The notes beneath the pieces were generated by a model, which worked only from the letters and a program-made list of their open reading frames with translations, was not told the DNA's origin and made no database searches. A stretch of 63,404 nt of DNA, counting the filler, from Hausera hauseri (lineage: Eukaryota), in assembly GCA_046269625.1 (NCBI GenBank). It is 12 parts of 12 records of this genome, joined end to end, with 100 filler letters (N's around TTAATTAATTAA, not from the genome) between each part and the next. Parts side by side here need not be neighbours in the genome. Positions count along the whole stretch, not along the records: positions 18,806 to 25,737 come from JBJURY010050996.1; positions 25,838 to 29,866 come from JBJURY010808420.1; positions 29,967 to 39,087 come from JBJURY010457689.1; 9 more parts are not named here. One strand, 5' to 3'. Shown here in pieces: positions 25,069 through 35,769 of the stretch (its first letter is position 1; each line of letters starts with the position of its first letter). Made by a program: the position numbers and the translations under genes.

Positions 25069-25443
25069 TTATTGATAATTAAAATGTGCTTCAGCTACAC
25101 GCCAAATCGGGATTTTGATACCGACTTTTTCCTTGTATCCTTGCAATTCAATATTCAGTTGACACTTTAAACCACCACCACCATCATCATCACTATCGGG
25201 TACATGAGACATTTCGCTACTGATAAAATCAAACAATTTCGTTTTCTGTATCGGTAAATCGACAGACTGCTGTTTCACGGTTGTTTCGTTTAACTTTAAA
25301 TCCACGTTTGATTGATGCAGCGCATCAGAAAGTTTATCCAAATTTTCACCCGAAAGCCGTTTTGCACGATAGCTGTACTTGAGTGCACATAGAGACACGG
25401 GATCATTCAATGAAATCAGTATGGGCGTTTGCAGAAAATGCAT
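25069..25443 (-). CDS. Uncharacterised Polinton accessory protein (putative SSB paralogue 1)
   Basis: HFLQTP...LKYSY...KCQLNIELQGYK...IPIWRV; degraded orthologue at about 32990-33345. Confidence 0.6.
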   Translation of the reverse strand: MHFLQTPILISLNDPVSLCALKYSYRAKRLSGENLDKLSDALHQSNVDLKLNETTVKQQSVDLPIQKTKLFDFISSEMSHVPDSDDDGGGGLKCQLNIELQGYKEKVGIKIPIWRVAEAHFNYQ

Positions 25444-25837
25444 TTCATATTTGCGAAAAATTCGTTTCTGTAAAAATATCTGTGTTTGGCGCGCCGACGG
25501 TTTTGATTTTCATTTACGTATTTCAATCATTCATTTCGCCTTTTTAATGTCAATCTTGCTGCTGCTGCTGATGTCGATTTTTGAGCAAGTTCGTGCTTCG
25601 ATTCCAGACAATTGCTCGGTTTTTCTAATTGTTGGACAGGTTCCAGCAGTTTGATATTAGAATTGTCCTTTTTGTAGCCAAACAACCACGACCAATCTGA
25701 ACTTTTATCATTGGCATCATTAAGTAGAATCGTTTTGNNNNNNNNNNNNNNNNNNNNNNNNNNNNNNNNNNNNNNNNNNNNTTAATTAATTAANNNNNNN
25801 NNNNNNNNNNNNNNNNNNNNNNNNNNNNNNNNNNNNN

Positions 25838-26300
25838 TTTATACACGTCTTTTAATTTTGCTAACGCATCACATCCAAGCATAGCTTCAGCTACTAGTTC
25901 ATCAGCTATTCTAAATTCTTATTCAGATTTTTGGTTGAGGATTTTGTTTCACATTTAGTCAAATCTTTCACTTGTATTTTAGTTCCAAATGCTTCAGTCT
26001 TCGTAATATCTTCTGTGGGTTTTTGTAGTTTCTTTTTTAATTGTTCGGGCAACTGTTTTCGCGAAATCATTCAAGCCGATACTCCTGTGTCAATTATTGA
26101 GGTAATGGGATAGCCATCTATCCAGATTATCGTTCTTGGTATTACTTTGCCTCCATCTATACTGGTTATCAATGCCTCTTTCGGGAAGGATAAGTAAAAC
26201 GTCAATTTTACATGCTTTGGATCATAATTGTCTATATCGCTCGAACAATGTATTTCTATGCATTCGTTAGGAGACATGAAATGTTGTTGTTCTATTGGAT
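25838..26300 (-). pseudogene. Retropepsin-type aspartic protease
   Basis: IWIDGYPITSIIDTGVSA and downstream AMLGCDAL. Confidence 0.85.
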
Positions 26301-26404
26301 ATTCATTCTACCTTTTCATTTGAGGAATATCCGATAGCAGGGTTCTTGGTTTCTTACTTTGGGCAGTAACTAAACTCCATGTTCTTTTAGTACCTTCAAT
26401 TGAT

Positions 26405-28356
26405 TTAAATTTTTTTCTTTGTCTTCTTTACTGAGGGTTTGTTCTCATCAATACTATTATCATTGTCACCATTTTTGTTTTTATTTTTCTGTTTCCATTC
26501 AGCATCCTTTTTTATCAAAAAGCAAATGGCTATGGATGGAATCAGTGCATAAATAATTTTCCAGGTACACCCAACAGCTTGTTTGATACCATATTCCTTG
26601 GTTACCATAGTCAAAATTGCTTTTATAAAGGCAAAAGCGTAATAAAATCCCAGCCATCCTGAATTAAACTGACCGAACTACATGTACCATCCCTATGCGG
26701 TTGCAAATATGTTGCAAATATGAGCGATACGCTTAGCATAATTGGGTCCCATTAAATTTTTTCAATTAGCTCTACCGGTATGTTCAGACAACACCTTCAT
26801 GGCCATCTCCGTTAACACATTTTTGCCTTTGTTGCGGGAACATCATCATTCTCCTATGATTTTCCATATCCTGTTGTGAATATACACCCATCTTGACTAA
26901 GTCCGTTAGTGGTTTATATGTTTGATCTGTTTTCGAATTGATTAAGCTGATCCTTCTGGATGAGATAATCTGTTCTTTGTCAGGCATTCGTATCCAATAG
27001 TCGTTACTCAACCTAAATGTTGGAGACATCGTATACGTACAATTTTGATGTACAAGTGGCTTTTCCATAGGATCTAACAATATTTTAGTAATAGGTTGTA
27101 AAAAGCGTGGCTTTTCCTTATACCAAACAGGTAGTTCCATAGTACATTCTGTAATCGGTCTTAGGTTAACAGCTACTCTCGCACATTCAAAGGTTACGAG
27201 AGCTTCACCCATTGTTCTTGCAAATTTCCCTTCCGCGTCAGGTGATTTGGCTGGGTCTTTTATTGTACCATCCGTTATTGCTGACAAGTATATTTGATTT
27301 ATGATTATTTCCCTATTCAACTTGCAGTCATTTAATATTATTTCACTATACATTGCATAGATATTTTCTTGTTGGAAGTGATAGATAAAGTCAATTTTAT
27401 TGTCAAAATAAAAAATGTAGTTTTACTTCTGATTTATCTATGCTTCTTTTCGCTTCGGTTATTCTAGTTGTTGATAAGAATATGCCTTTATAATTAGTTC
27501 TATATATTACTTAATTACATTTTTTTGTATCAACTACTATTTTGAATCTCATCTCTTCACTTGCGTCTGCTGAGTATACTATAGTTGGTGTTTCGATTGT
27601 ATCCGATACTTGGTCTAATAGACTTTTAGATATTTCTTCATTATATATTTTTCCTTTTGTTTTATTGAACTTCACACTTCGTAACAAAGCTAACTGACAC
27701 TTATCCCTGTCGACTTCGTATTACATGATCGACTCACCAGTTTCACATTCTTTATTATAATAATCGCATTCGGGGAATGTCATAATTTTTCCCGATGATA
27801 ACTCAAAACAGCATCATATTTCATTAACTCAACTTGATAATCCTCAATAGCTACAACATTATCGACGATTTCACCATTAATATTATATGATTCACCTTTA
27901 CAATATCCCGTTTTGTCGATAGTTCCAGCCACAAAAATTCTCTTATTTATAATTTTTCCTTTTTGAGCTTTGAGTCGAATATTTCCGATATTTATTTGTT
28001 TTGTTACAAAGGCTTCTATACACATTCGCTTACTTATCAAAAGTGGTTCGAACGGAGTAGTTGGTTCAACTACAGTCGAATTTCGGTACCAGTATCCACA
28101 GATAAAATGAAAATAATTTTTTCGAACGAAACATTCTCTAACCTTGGTTTTCGCAAATTCTGATTCCTGATACACATAATATTCTTTTTCTGACATTGTA
28201 GTTAGTGACGCTGGATTAGCGAATGGACATTTTTCTAAATCTAATAAGAAATATGTTGGACCTTCCTTGGCTTAGCTGCAGTCATAAGCAATAATTGAAA
28301 GTGTTTTTGGCATCAGACTAAACAGAAGAAGTATGGGTATAACTTTGGTTAGCCAT
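26405..28356 (-). pseudogene. Chuvirus-like envelope glycoprotein (element E1)
   Basis: IIAYDCS...LLDLEKC; FICG; GYCKGESY; DCKLNR; GKFARTMGEAL..FEC...C..ELPVWY...FLQPITKIL; C-terminal TM region. Confidence 0.85.
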
Positions 28357-28478
28357 GATAAGTCGAAAACTGGTTGTTGGTTTCGTTGTCTCACTGATTT
28401 CTGAGGTGGAAGATATTCCATTTGCTGTTGTGTAGTTGGTGACAATTCATGTATTGTTGTATGGACCAGACTAGTAAT

Positions 28479-29589
28479 TCATTCACCTCTGCACTTTACC
28501 AATCCCTCAACATTGGCCTTTAAAGCTCTTGTAACAATTTCTATATTTCTCACTATCTCTTCCTGATTCGGATTTACACCATTCATTACCATTATCTTAT
28601 ATAAAAGATAGGATATTACTGTCATGATTTTATTTCGGGATATACCGGACCCCATCATTCTAGATAATATATCTCTTTCCTGGATTTCATTTATCCTCTC
28701 ATCCGTAGGGATATCTGCAAATTGTTTACTAATCTTTGCGATCTCATTCATTATAACTTGCATTAATGAATCCGGTATTTGTAGATTAGTATTAAATTCA
28801 ACGAATGTATTGTGCATTCTTGCTAGCAAAGTTTGTAGTAATGTTGCCAGCGATACATTATCTACGCCGTATTCATCTTCCGTTGTTAGCAATATTCAAA
28901 CGATTTCGTCATCTCTGGCTTTCCTGCCTTTCAACTGATAAAGTTTTGTTGTTCCTTTTGGTCTGCCACGATTTCTTTTATCCGTTTGTTTTTGTTCTGA
29001 TATTGGAATGTTCACCCCGTTTCTACTTGTTGAGCCTCATGCTTATGTTCGATTTTCTGTGTTTCTTTTTGCCTAACGTCGGTGATGATTTCGTCAATTA
29101 TTTCTTGTTCAAACTATTTATAAGTAATACACACAGGATTTTATCAGTTTTTACAGATACCTACTTCATATAAGGTTTCGTAATCCAGCAGAGTGCGTCC
29201 ATTTAAACGCAACTGTATTTCTCCTCGAGGCTGAATAAGCCATTAATATTATTTTTCAGTGTCATTATTTTATCCAATGACTTCATTCTTGGAACATAAA
29301 AATCTTGGTTATACTGTTGTAGCGTAACCATTACTTCAGGGTTTTCTCGGACTGTCCTTACTCTATCCGCATATCGATAAATTATATATCGTACGATATT
29401 CTGATATGGGCTTGTGCCCGCATCATACATTAACAGCAAATCCAATAAATTAGCAAATTGTTTATGGCTGATTGTTGGCGATAGTAGCATAGACAGATAT
29501 TGCCTAAACCGAGTGACATCGATTAGTTCTTGGTTAGCATAGCTAGATATTTTCCGAACTACTTCTACGCCATCCTGATCTAAATCCAC
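28479..29589 (-). pseudogene. AT-hook-containing ORF upstream of the glycoprotein (E1), interrupted
   Basis: ORFs 29203-29589 and 28479-28892 with KRNRGRPKG between them (about 28950-28980); homologous to 51326-52369. Confidence 0.65.
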
Positions 29590-29966
29590 AAATGATGACT
29601 CAAAACTTGGGGATTTTTCCTTTATTTTCTTTTTCCTTATTCTTTTTATCTTTTTTTTGGTTCAATTTCTCCACTTGACTCCTTCTTTTTACTTTCAGAA
29701 GGTAAATTGGATTTCGGAGTCTTCAGTTCTTCTTTCTGTATCAAAGGTTTATTCTTCTTCTTAATCCTTTTTTCTAGGTATCCGATTCTGATACGACAGT
29801 CTTTTTGGGTCTACCAATAGGAGTAATAACTGAATTTTTATGATTCATTTTCTGTCTTCTCTCATANNNNNNNNNNNNNNNNNNNNNNNNNNNNNNNNNN
29901 NNNNNNNNNNTTAATTAATTAANNNNNNNNNNNNNNNNNNNNNNNNNNNNNNNNNNNNNNNNNNNN

Positions 29967-30735
29967 TGAAATTCGGAAAACCTCATCGCTCCAGTTCTGA
30001 TTGAAATTCTTAATGAATGGTGTCGTACTCAGCTTTGAAATACGTACATAATCACCGATTTTATACTTGGGATGTTTAGTTGGTAGTCGTTGTGGTCAGT
30101 TTTGGTAATACCACATGTCCAGATCATCGATTACGTCAACCGGTCATAATCCATTGATGCCACGATGTGTTGAATGATTGTATGCATGAATAATACCCGG
30201 CAGTACATCTACCCAGAGTTTGTTGCCTTGCTTCGTAAAAAATTTGTTTCGGCGACCGCGCAATGTTCGATTAAATCTTTCAACGAGTGCAGCCTTGTAT
30301 TAGGAAAACAGCAAACCGTTTCAAGACCGCTGCAACGTGAGCGTTGTAGAATTTCTTACCCAAATCCGTTTGTAAATGCTTCGGCTGTTGTTGTTGTATC
30401 AATATTTGAACAGCGTTGGTAAACTCTTCACCGGATTTAGATTTCACAGCAATTGCACGTGCAAAACGACTAAACACATCAACGCACATCAGCACATACC
30501 CATACGCATCGTTGATGCTTGCGTACGGAACCATTTCCATCAGGTATATTTGCTATACATTATTTACACCGACAGAGCGGTATGTACGAGTTGGAAACCG
30601 CCTTCATATCGGTTTGTTTAGGCTGTATGCTAACCGTTTCCCGAGCCAACGTTGGGTCTGTTGCCGAGTCTGTTTGACAGTCTTTGCCAGTATACCAGAC
30701 GGGATGACGCGGATCGAACAACACGTCGTCCATCG
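29967..30735 (-). pseudogene. Polinton retroviral-like (rve) integrase
   Basis: YSLNKP..RRFPTR; YVLMCVDVFSRFA; LQTDLGKKFYN; KYKIGDYVRIS...NWSDEVF. Confidence 0.92.
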
Positions 30736-30868
30736 TTGCCGTCGGTGTCGATTATATCGTTTTTATTACAATTAGAAATTAGAACAAAACGTAAATGAAA
30801 GATTCGGTAAACTGGGGCACAATATGAAAACCATGCACCCATATCGCTGAATTATCACATGCTTACCA

Positions 30869-31252
30869 TCATTGTTTATAATATGCTGCAGAACCAATGA
30901 ATCCACCCAATAATGACGTGACAATCGATAGAATTGTACCAAGGAATCCGCCGTCTTGCTTGTACATGACCTCTCGTTTCAGTCGTTTACTACGAGCGTT
31001 GGCAAGGCCAATGAGTCGTTTTCGATACTTTATTAAATTCCGTTTTGCACTACCAATGTCAACGTGACCCACAACAATATTGTACAAAACTTCCATCAAA
31101 TCGTGCACAACAAATTGCGAGAATGATCGCAGCATGTTTCGCTCATGTCTCGTAGATGCCTTAAGCAAAGCAATAAAGTACGTCTGACAACGTTTGGATC
31201 GCTTTTTTGGACGTATTGACGCTGAGACGTAGTTGTTTATAACCGTTTCCAC
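30869..31252 (-). CDS. Small basic Polinton protein with QxGGFL motif and amphipathic tail (adenovirus pX-like)
   Basis: EVLYNIVVGHV...KYRKRLIGLA...KQDGGFLGTILSIVTSLLG. Confidence 0.75.
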   Translation of the reverse strand: METVINNYVSASIRPKKRSKRCQTYFIALLKASTRHERNMLRSFSQFVVHDLMEVLYNIVVGHVDIGSAKRNLIKYRKRLIGLANARSKRLKREVMYKQDGGFLGTILSIVTSLLGGFIGSAAYYKQ

Positions 31253-31398
31253 TGTGACGGTAATTTGCGTCTAGATGCTGTTCGAAGCACAGAATTAATT
31301 AATCGCTTGACTGTAGCGGTTCGTTTTAATACACGTTTCTTACCGGACACCCTCTTGGTAGGTTTACGTTTAACAATTGTTTTTCGGAAATTCTTCAT
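31237..31398 (-). CDS. Small K/R-rich protein, possible DNA-condensing core protein
   Basis: MKNFRKTIVKRKPTKRVSGKKRVLKR...WKRL directly after the ATPase. Confidence 0.5.
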   Translation of the reverse strand: MKNFRKTIVKRKPTKRVSGKKRVLKRTATVKRLINSVLRTASRRKLPSQWKRL

Positions 31399-31399
31399 T

Positions 31400-32010
31400 T
31401 TATCGCAATCGTGTCGTCGATTTTCGAATTTGTTTACAGACGTGTACACCTTTCTGATTGAAAATATCTGTTCGTACACGCATGTCATCGGGACACTGTT
31501 GTGCAAAGTCAATAAACAGATAGCCATGCGGTTTGTGCGTAGCATTATGATATGCGTCTATTAAGTAGGCTCGGTTGAGGAAATGCTTGTCGTGCAACAT
31601 AATCAATGATAGTCTGATCACGGGGATTTATGAAGAACACTAAGTAGTGTTCGTTTAAATTTCTTGTTCGATGCTACCCGCCCTGATGTAACATGTTTTG
31701 CGTAATGAAAATAACCGTCACACCAGGGTGTCGTGCAATCTTCGTGAACAGGTTGTTGAAGTCGGTTTGACAATAACGTCACCGATGCGTAATCATTCAG
31801 ACCAGTTCTCATCAAACCCATCAATTGCGGTTATCAATTTCAGTTTACAAAATTCCTGTTGCCAGTAAATGTGATTTAACAGCGCCGATTGCAATATGTC
31901 ACGGTAGTTCGGAAGCAATTTGCAAAGTGCGTTTTGCCACTTCCACTAGGGCCTATAATCTGGAAAATGGCACTATTCTGCAGCTTCATGTCGTTCGTGA
32001 TGCATTTCTC
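31400..32010 (-). pseudogene. A32/FtsK-like packaging ATPase, frameshifted
   Basis: Walker A IIGPSGSGKT (about 31930-31960); C-terminal DAY..AT.KPHGYLFID...DDMRVRTDIF. Confidence 0.9.
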
Positions 32011-32066
32011 ATATTTTGTTTATAATCACACAAATAGGTGCAACATGAACACTATTTCAATCAATT

Positions 32067-32530
32067 ATGATAGCCAATATCAACTACCACGGAATTATTG
32101 AGTGCATTAATGCACTGCCCTTTAATCAATGGAAGCCGAGGCATTATGTCCGCCAATGTCCACCGGATATTAAATGCATTATATTTCAATCGGGAAAGTG
32201 TCGCATTATGGGTTGTCGAAAACGAATCACAAATGACAGACATCTACCATTCGGAATTGTCATTGACCAAATTCAATCAATAACAGTAACGAATCAGTTA
32301 CATCGCTCACCTCCACAACCACCACAATCAATTAATCTACACAAATTAGCAATGTGTACCGAATGTATTTATGAGCTCGAACTGTTTCCTGCACTGCGAA
32401 TAACATTATTCCGCCCGCTTTGTGTCAATGTGTTTATTAGTGGAAAAATTGTATTGGGGATTCGGTCAATCAACCATGAGACGACTATTGATCAAATTAA
32501 ACACCACATAAGTGTTTTACTGAATCAAAG
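32067..32530 (+). CDS. Divergent TATA-binding-protein-like protein (ORF reads through to 32792)
   Basis: Two TBP half-repeats: IIFQSGKCRIMG and IQSI...INL..LA...YELELFPAL...VFISGKIVLG. Confidence 0.8.
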
Positions 32531-32573
32531 TAAATGGACTATAAATATCACTCATATTCGCTCAAACATTACT

Positions 32574-32934
32574 ATGATGGAAAACGATGATAAAACGACT
32601 CTGCTCAATAATACTACTGACAATGACGAAAGTACACATTGGTCATGGCTGTTTGGTGACAAGAATGACAATGACAACTGTCTGGAAACGAAACCTGTCC
32701 AACAATTAGTAAAACCGATATTAAAACGGCAAGGGAGAATTATTGGTGGTAAAAGAATGTCAGACAAAGATAGCGATAATACTCAATGGTGATGATGATA
32801 AGAGTTACGATTTGTCACGAGTGCTTGGTAGCAACAATTCTAATGTCAACTGTCTGGAACCGAAAACAGAACCTGTCCAACAATTAGAAAAGCCTAAATT
32901 AAAACGACAAGCGCGAATGACTAATGGAATATAG
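32574..32934 (+). pseudogene. Low-complexity accessory ORF with internal duplication
   Basis: NCLE...PVQQL.KP.LKRQ.R twice; WSWLFG also at about 25680-25700 on the minus strand of copy C. Confidence 0.5.
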
Positions 32935-33420
32935 AAACAAAAATTAAAGCCCACGCATCAAACACCGACATTTTTACAAACGCGACGTTTTCGAAAGTAT
33001 GAAATGCATAATCTGCAAACACTCGTACAAATTACGTTGAATGACCCTGTGTTATTGACCACACCCACGTACAGTTATCGTGTATAGCAGCTATCGACTG
33101 AAAATTTTGCGAAACTTGGTGATGCTATAAGTCAATTAAACATGGACTTAAAGTTGAACGAAAAAGCCTTAGAACAGCAATATGTCGTTTTACCGGCAGC
33201 AAAATCTAAACTGATTGATTTTATCGGTCGTGAAATGTCTAGTGCCCGATGATTTAAAATGTCGACTCAACACTGAATTGCACGGATACAAAAAGTACGG
33301 TGTCAAAAGCCCGATTTGGCGTTTGTCTGAAGCACTTGATTACCAATAAATGTTGTTGCTGTTTTAAGTTTCTTCAACAATGAGTATAAATATACATGTG
33401 TAATGGGCTTTTTAATAATA

Positions 33421-33890
33421 ATGATAACGAATGACGTAAATATTATTTTGACGAATAAAAGTTCTACTGTACCGAGACGTGTTACGGCAAGCAGTGCGAG
33501 ATACGTGTTTTCAAATGTCAATGCGACAAATTCGGACAGCACAATCAAATGCATAACGACTGGGATTCGATTGGCAACTCCACACGGTTACTACGGTCAA
33601 CTTTTATCGAAAAGCGAACTGGCAAAGCTCGGACTAACGGTTGTGGGTAGTGGTTTCATTGATTCAGACTTTCGTGGTGAAATTAAGGTGTTGCTAAAAA
33701 ACCAATCCAGGAAACCGTATGCTTTTTTGAAAAAGCAGTGCAATCGTACAAATCGTTTTTCATCGCTGTGAAGAGGTGGAATTCAGTGTAATGTCACCGG
33801 AACAATGGGAATTGTTTTGCATCAATGAATCGACACGAAATAAACGCAAAGAATTTGGCTTTGGTGATATGGGCAAAACCACCTATGTTT
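33421..33890 (+). pseudogene. dut: dUTPase, frameshifted
   Basis: PHGYYGQLLSKSELA; GFIDSDFRGEIKVLL.N; RKEFGFG. Confidence 0.92.
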
Positions 33891-33966
33891 AATGATTGTG
33901 ATAATAATATTAGTTAATTGTTTTGCTTGTATTATAAACAAAAAATGATTTTGTACATGATAAGTA

Positions 33967-34455
33967 ATGGCGACAGGATTTATAAATATTGAAGCTTTCC
34001 ATGATGATAATGCCCGGTACATAATAAAGGAATTATGCGTTATAGACGTCGATAACATTTTCAAACCGCTTGTGTACGTATTCAAGCCTTCTGTTATGTG
34101 GAATCAGTTGACAGAAAAGGCGAAAATTACCAATGGATATCTCATACGATGTTGTCATGGACTTTATCGGGACGAAGGTAATTAAACGTTTTGCGTATCA
34201 TGTATCATGCTAGACATTTGTGATCGTTCCGACATTGAAAATACAATATTTTGTATTAAAGATCAAATTGACAAGCAAAAGTTTGCGCAACTACATTCAC
34301 ACTTTTCCGAGTTGCGAATGGCGACGTATTCAATATCAAACATCCGGCTGGCTATGGTAGGTGATAATATTAGATGTCCGTATCTGAATCATTGACCGCA
34401 TTGTGCTTACAAAAATGTCTACGGCTTTGTATTAACTATGTTTCATGCAAATAAA
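33967..34455 (+). pseudogene. DEDD/RNase H-fold nuclease-like protein
   Basis: GFINIEAF...YIIKELC...VFKP...NGYL...HGL...G; CPYLNH.PHCA. Confidence 0.6.
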
Positions 34456-34550
34456 TTTATTTATTTGTTTCTTTCTTACTGTAAATAAGGTCCGCCGTAT
34501 TGACCAGTTGAATAGTTCAAAACTATAAATACAAATAGGTAATAATAATC

Positions 34551-34800
34551 ATGGAAATAGTTAATCAATTAAATCAATTGCAAAATTTTAATGGATTATT
34601 AATTCCAGACTTGGTACAATGGTGGCAAGTACATGATAATGATTTAATTGCGAGAGCAGCAGGAGCATTTACTATGAATGACTTTTAATACGGACAGCAT
34701 CACAAGTGTTATTGACCATTTGTCTACTGTTTACAATGAAAGCAAATAGATTGGAACAAATTTGATCACTGGCTTCATTGACCGTTTGTGTATTGTTTAC
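34551..34800 (+). pseudogene. Uncharacterised accessory protein
   Basis: Orthologue of 23462-23824; TATA box about 25 nt upstream. Confidence 0.5.
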
Positions 34801-35103
34801 AATGACAGAAAGCTAATTGGTACATACTTGATCCATTGTTTACAACGAAAGTAAACCGATTTGAACAAATTTGGTATAAATATGGATGTCTTTTCATTTC
34901 ACTTTGCCTCTAAAATATCTGCACAACAAAAGAACATCATTTGAATAAACAGCAACAACAACAACAATACCGACAATTCAATTGTGAAAAGTTGCAGTAA
35001 GTCCATTTCATTTTGACCTTTTCTCCTTAATGAGTCCAAGTACGGCCCGTGTTCCCTCAGACAGTCCAGAGCGTACAACGTGTTCAATCTACACTTCCTG
35101 TAA

Positions 35104-35478
35104 ACTCCCATTCTAGTGCAATTACCAACACCGATCAAAATGAAGCAGGTAAAATATAGCCTGTTGGTAAAGAGAATCGGCGACAGTGACTTGGATACAT
35201 TGGAGGAAACGATGAAGAAAGTGGACAATGATTTGATGTTGTCGAATAATATTCGGGACACATCCTCGCTTTTCCTTAATGGCAATATGGCAAAAATTGT
35301 GAGTGCAAGTGGACAAACAGCATTTTTGCCAACGGAAAGGGTAAAAGGATACCTTACAATGAAGCTAAAAGGATATAAGGAACTGAGCGGTATTAAATCG
35401 CCAATGTGGAAGTTTGGGAAGTTTGCCCTAATGAATAGACTTGACCTTCTCTTAGTTATTCGTGTTGTTAGTTTATGA
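35104..35478 (+). CDS. Uncharacterised accessory protein (putative SSB paralogue 2)
   Basis: TPILVQLPTP...VKYSLLVKRI...LTMKLKGYK..GIKSPMWKF. Confidence 0.65.
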   Translation, partial: TPILVQLPTPIKMKQVKYSLLVKRIGDSDLDTLEETMKKVDNDLMLSNNIRDTSSLFLNGNMAKIVSASGQTAFLPTERVKGYLTMKLKGYKELSGIKSPMWKFGKFALMNRLDLLLVIRVVSL

Positions 35479-35769
35479 TTCATAATAAAATTTATTTGAC
35501 TTTTTGGTGTTGTTTTAGATTAATATCAAAAAGTATTTGAGTTTACAAGTAATGCGATTTTTCAATTTATTTTCGATAACCCAACTTAAGCCCCATTTCC
35601 TTGTTATAAAACAGAAGACAAAAACTAGTGTACAAATACCTTACTGATAATATATAACAAAACATGTACAGCAGATGAATGTAAAATAAAGATCACAAAT
35701 GTCAATGATCTAGCTGGACTGAATTGCATGTTTGCACTGAACTGTTTGTGAACACTAAACGTGTGTTAT

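Larger units (their letters stand above)
18806..25737. mobile_element. Polinton/Maverick-like endogenous virus, partial (copy C)
   Basis: pPolB plus convergent accessory cassette, collinear in inverted orientation with about 32600-38600. Confidence 0.9.

Noticed and set aside
34899-35483. 194-aa minus ORF and similar antisense ORFs (19641, 21668, 28624, 43335, 50333)
   Set aside because: They overlap better-supported genes on the opposite strand
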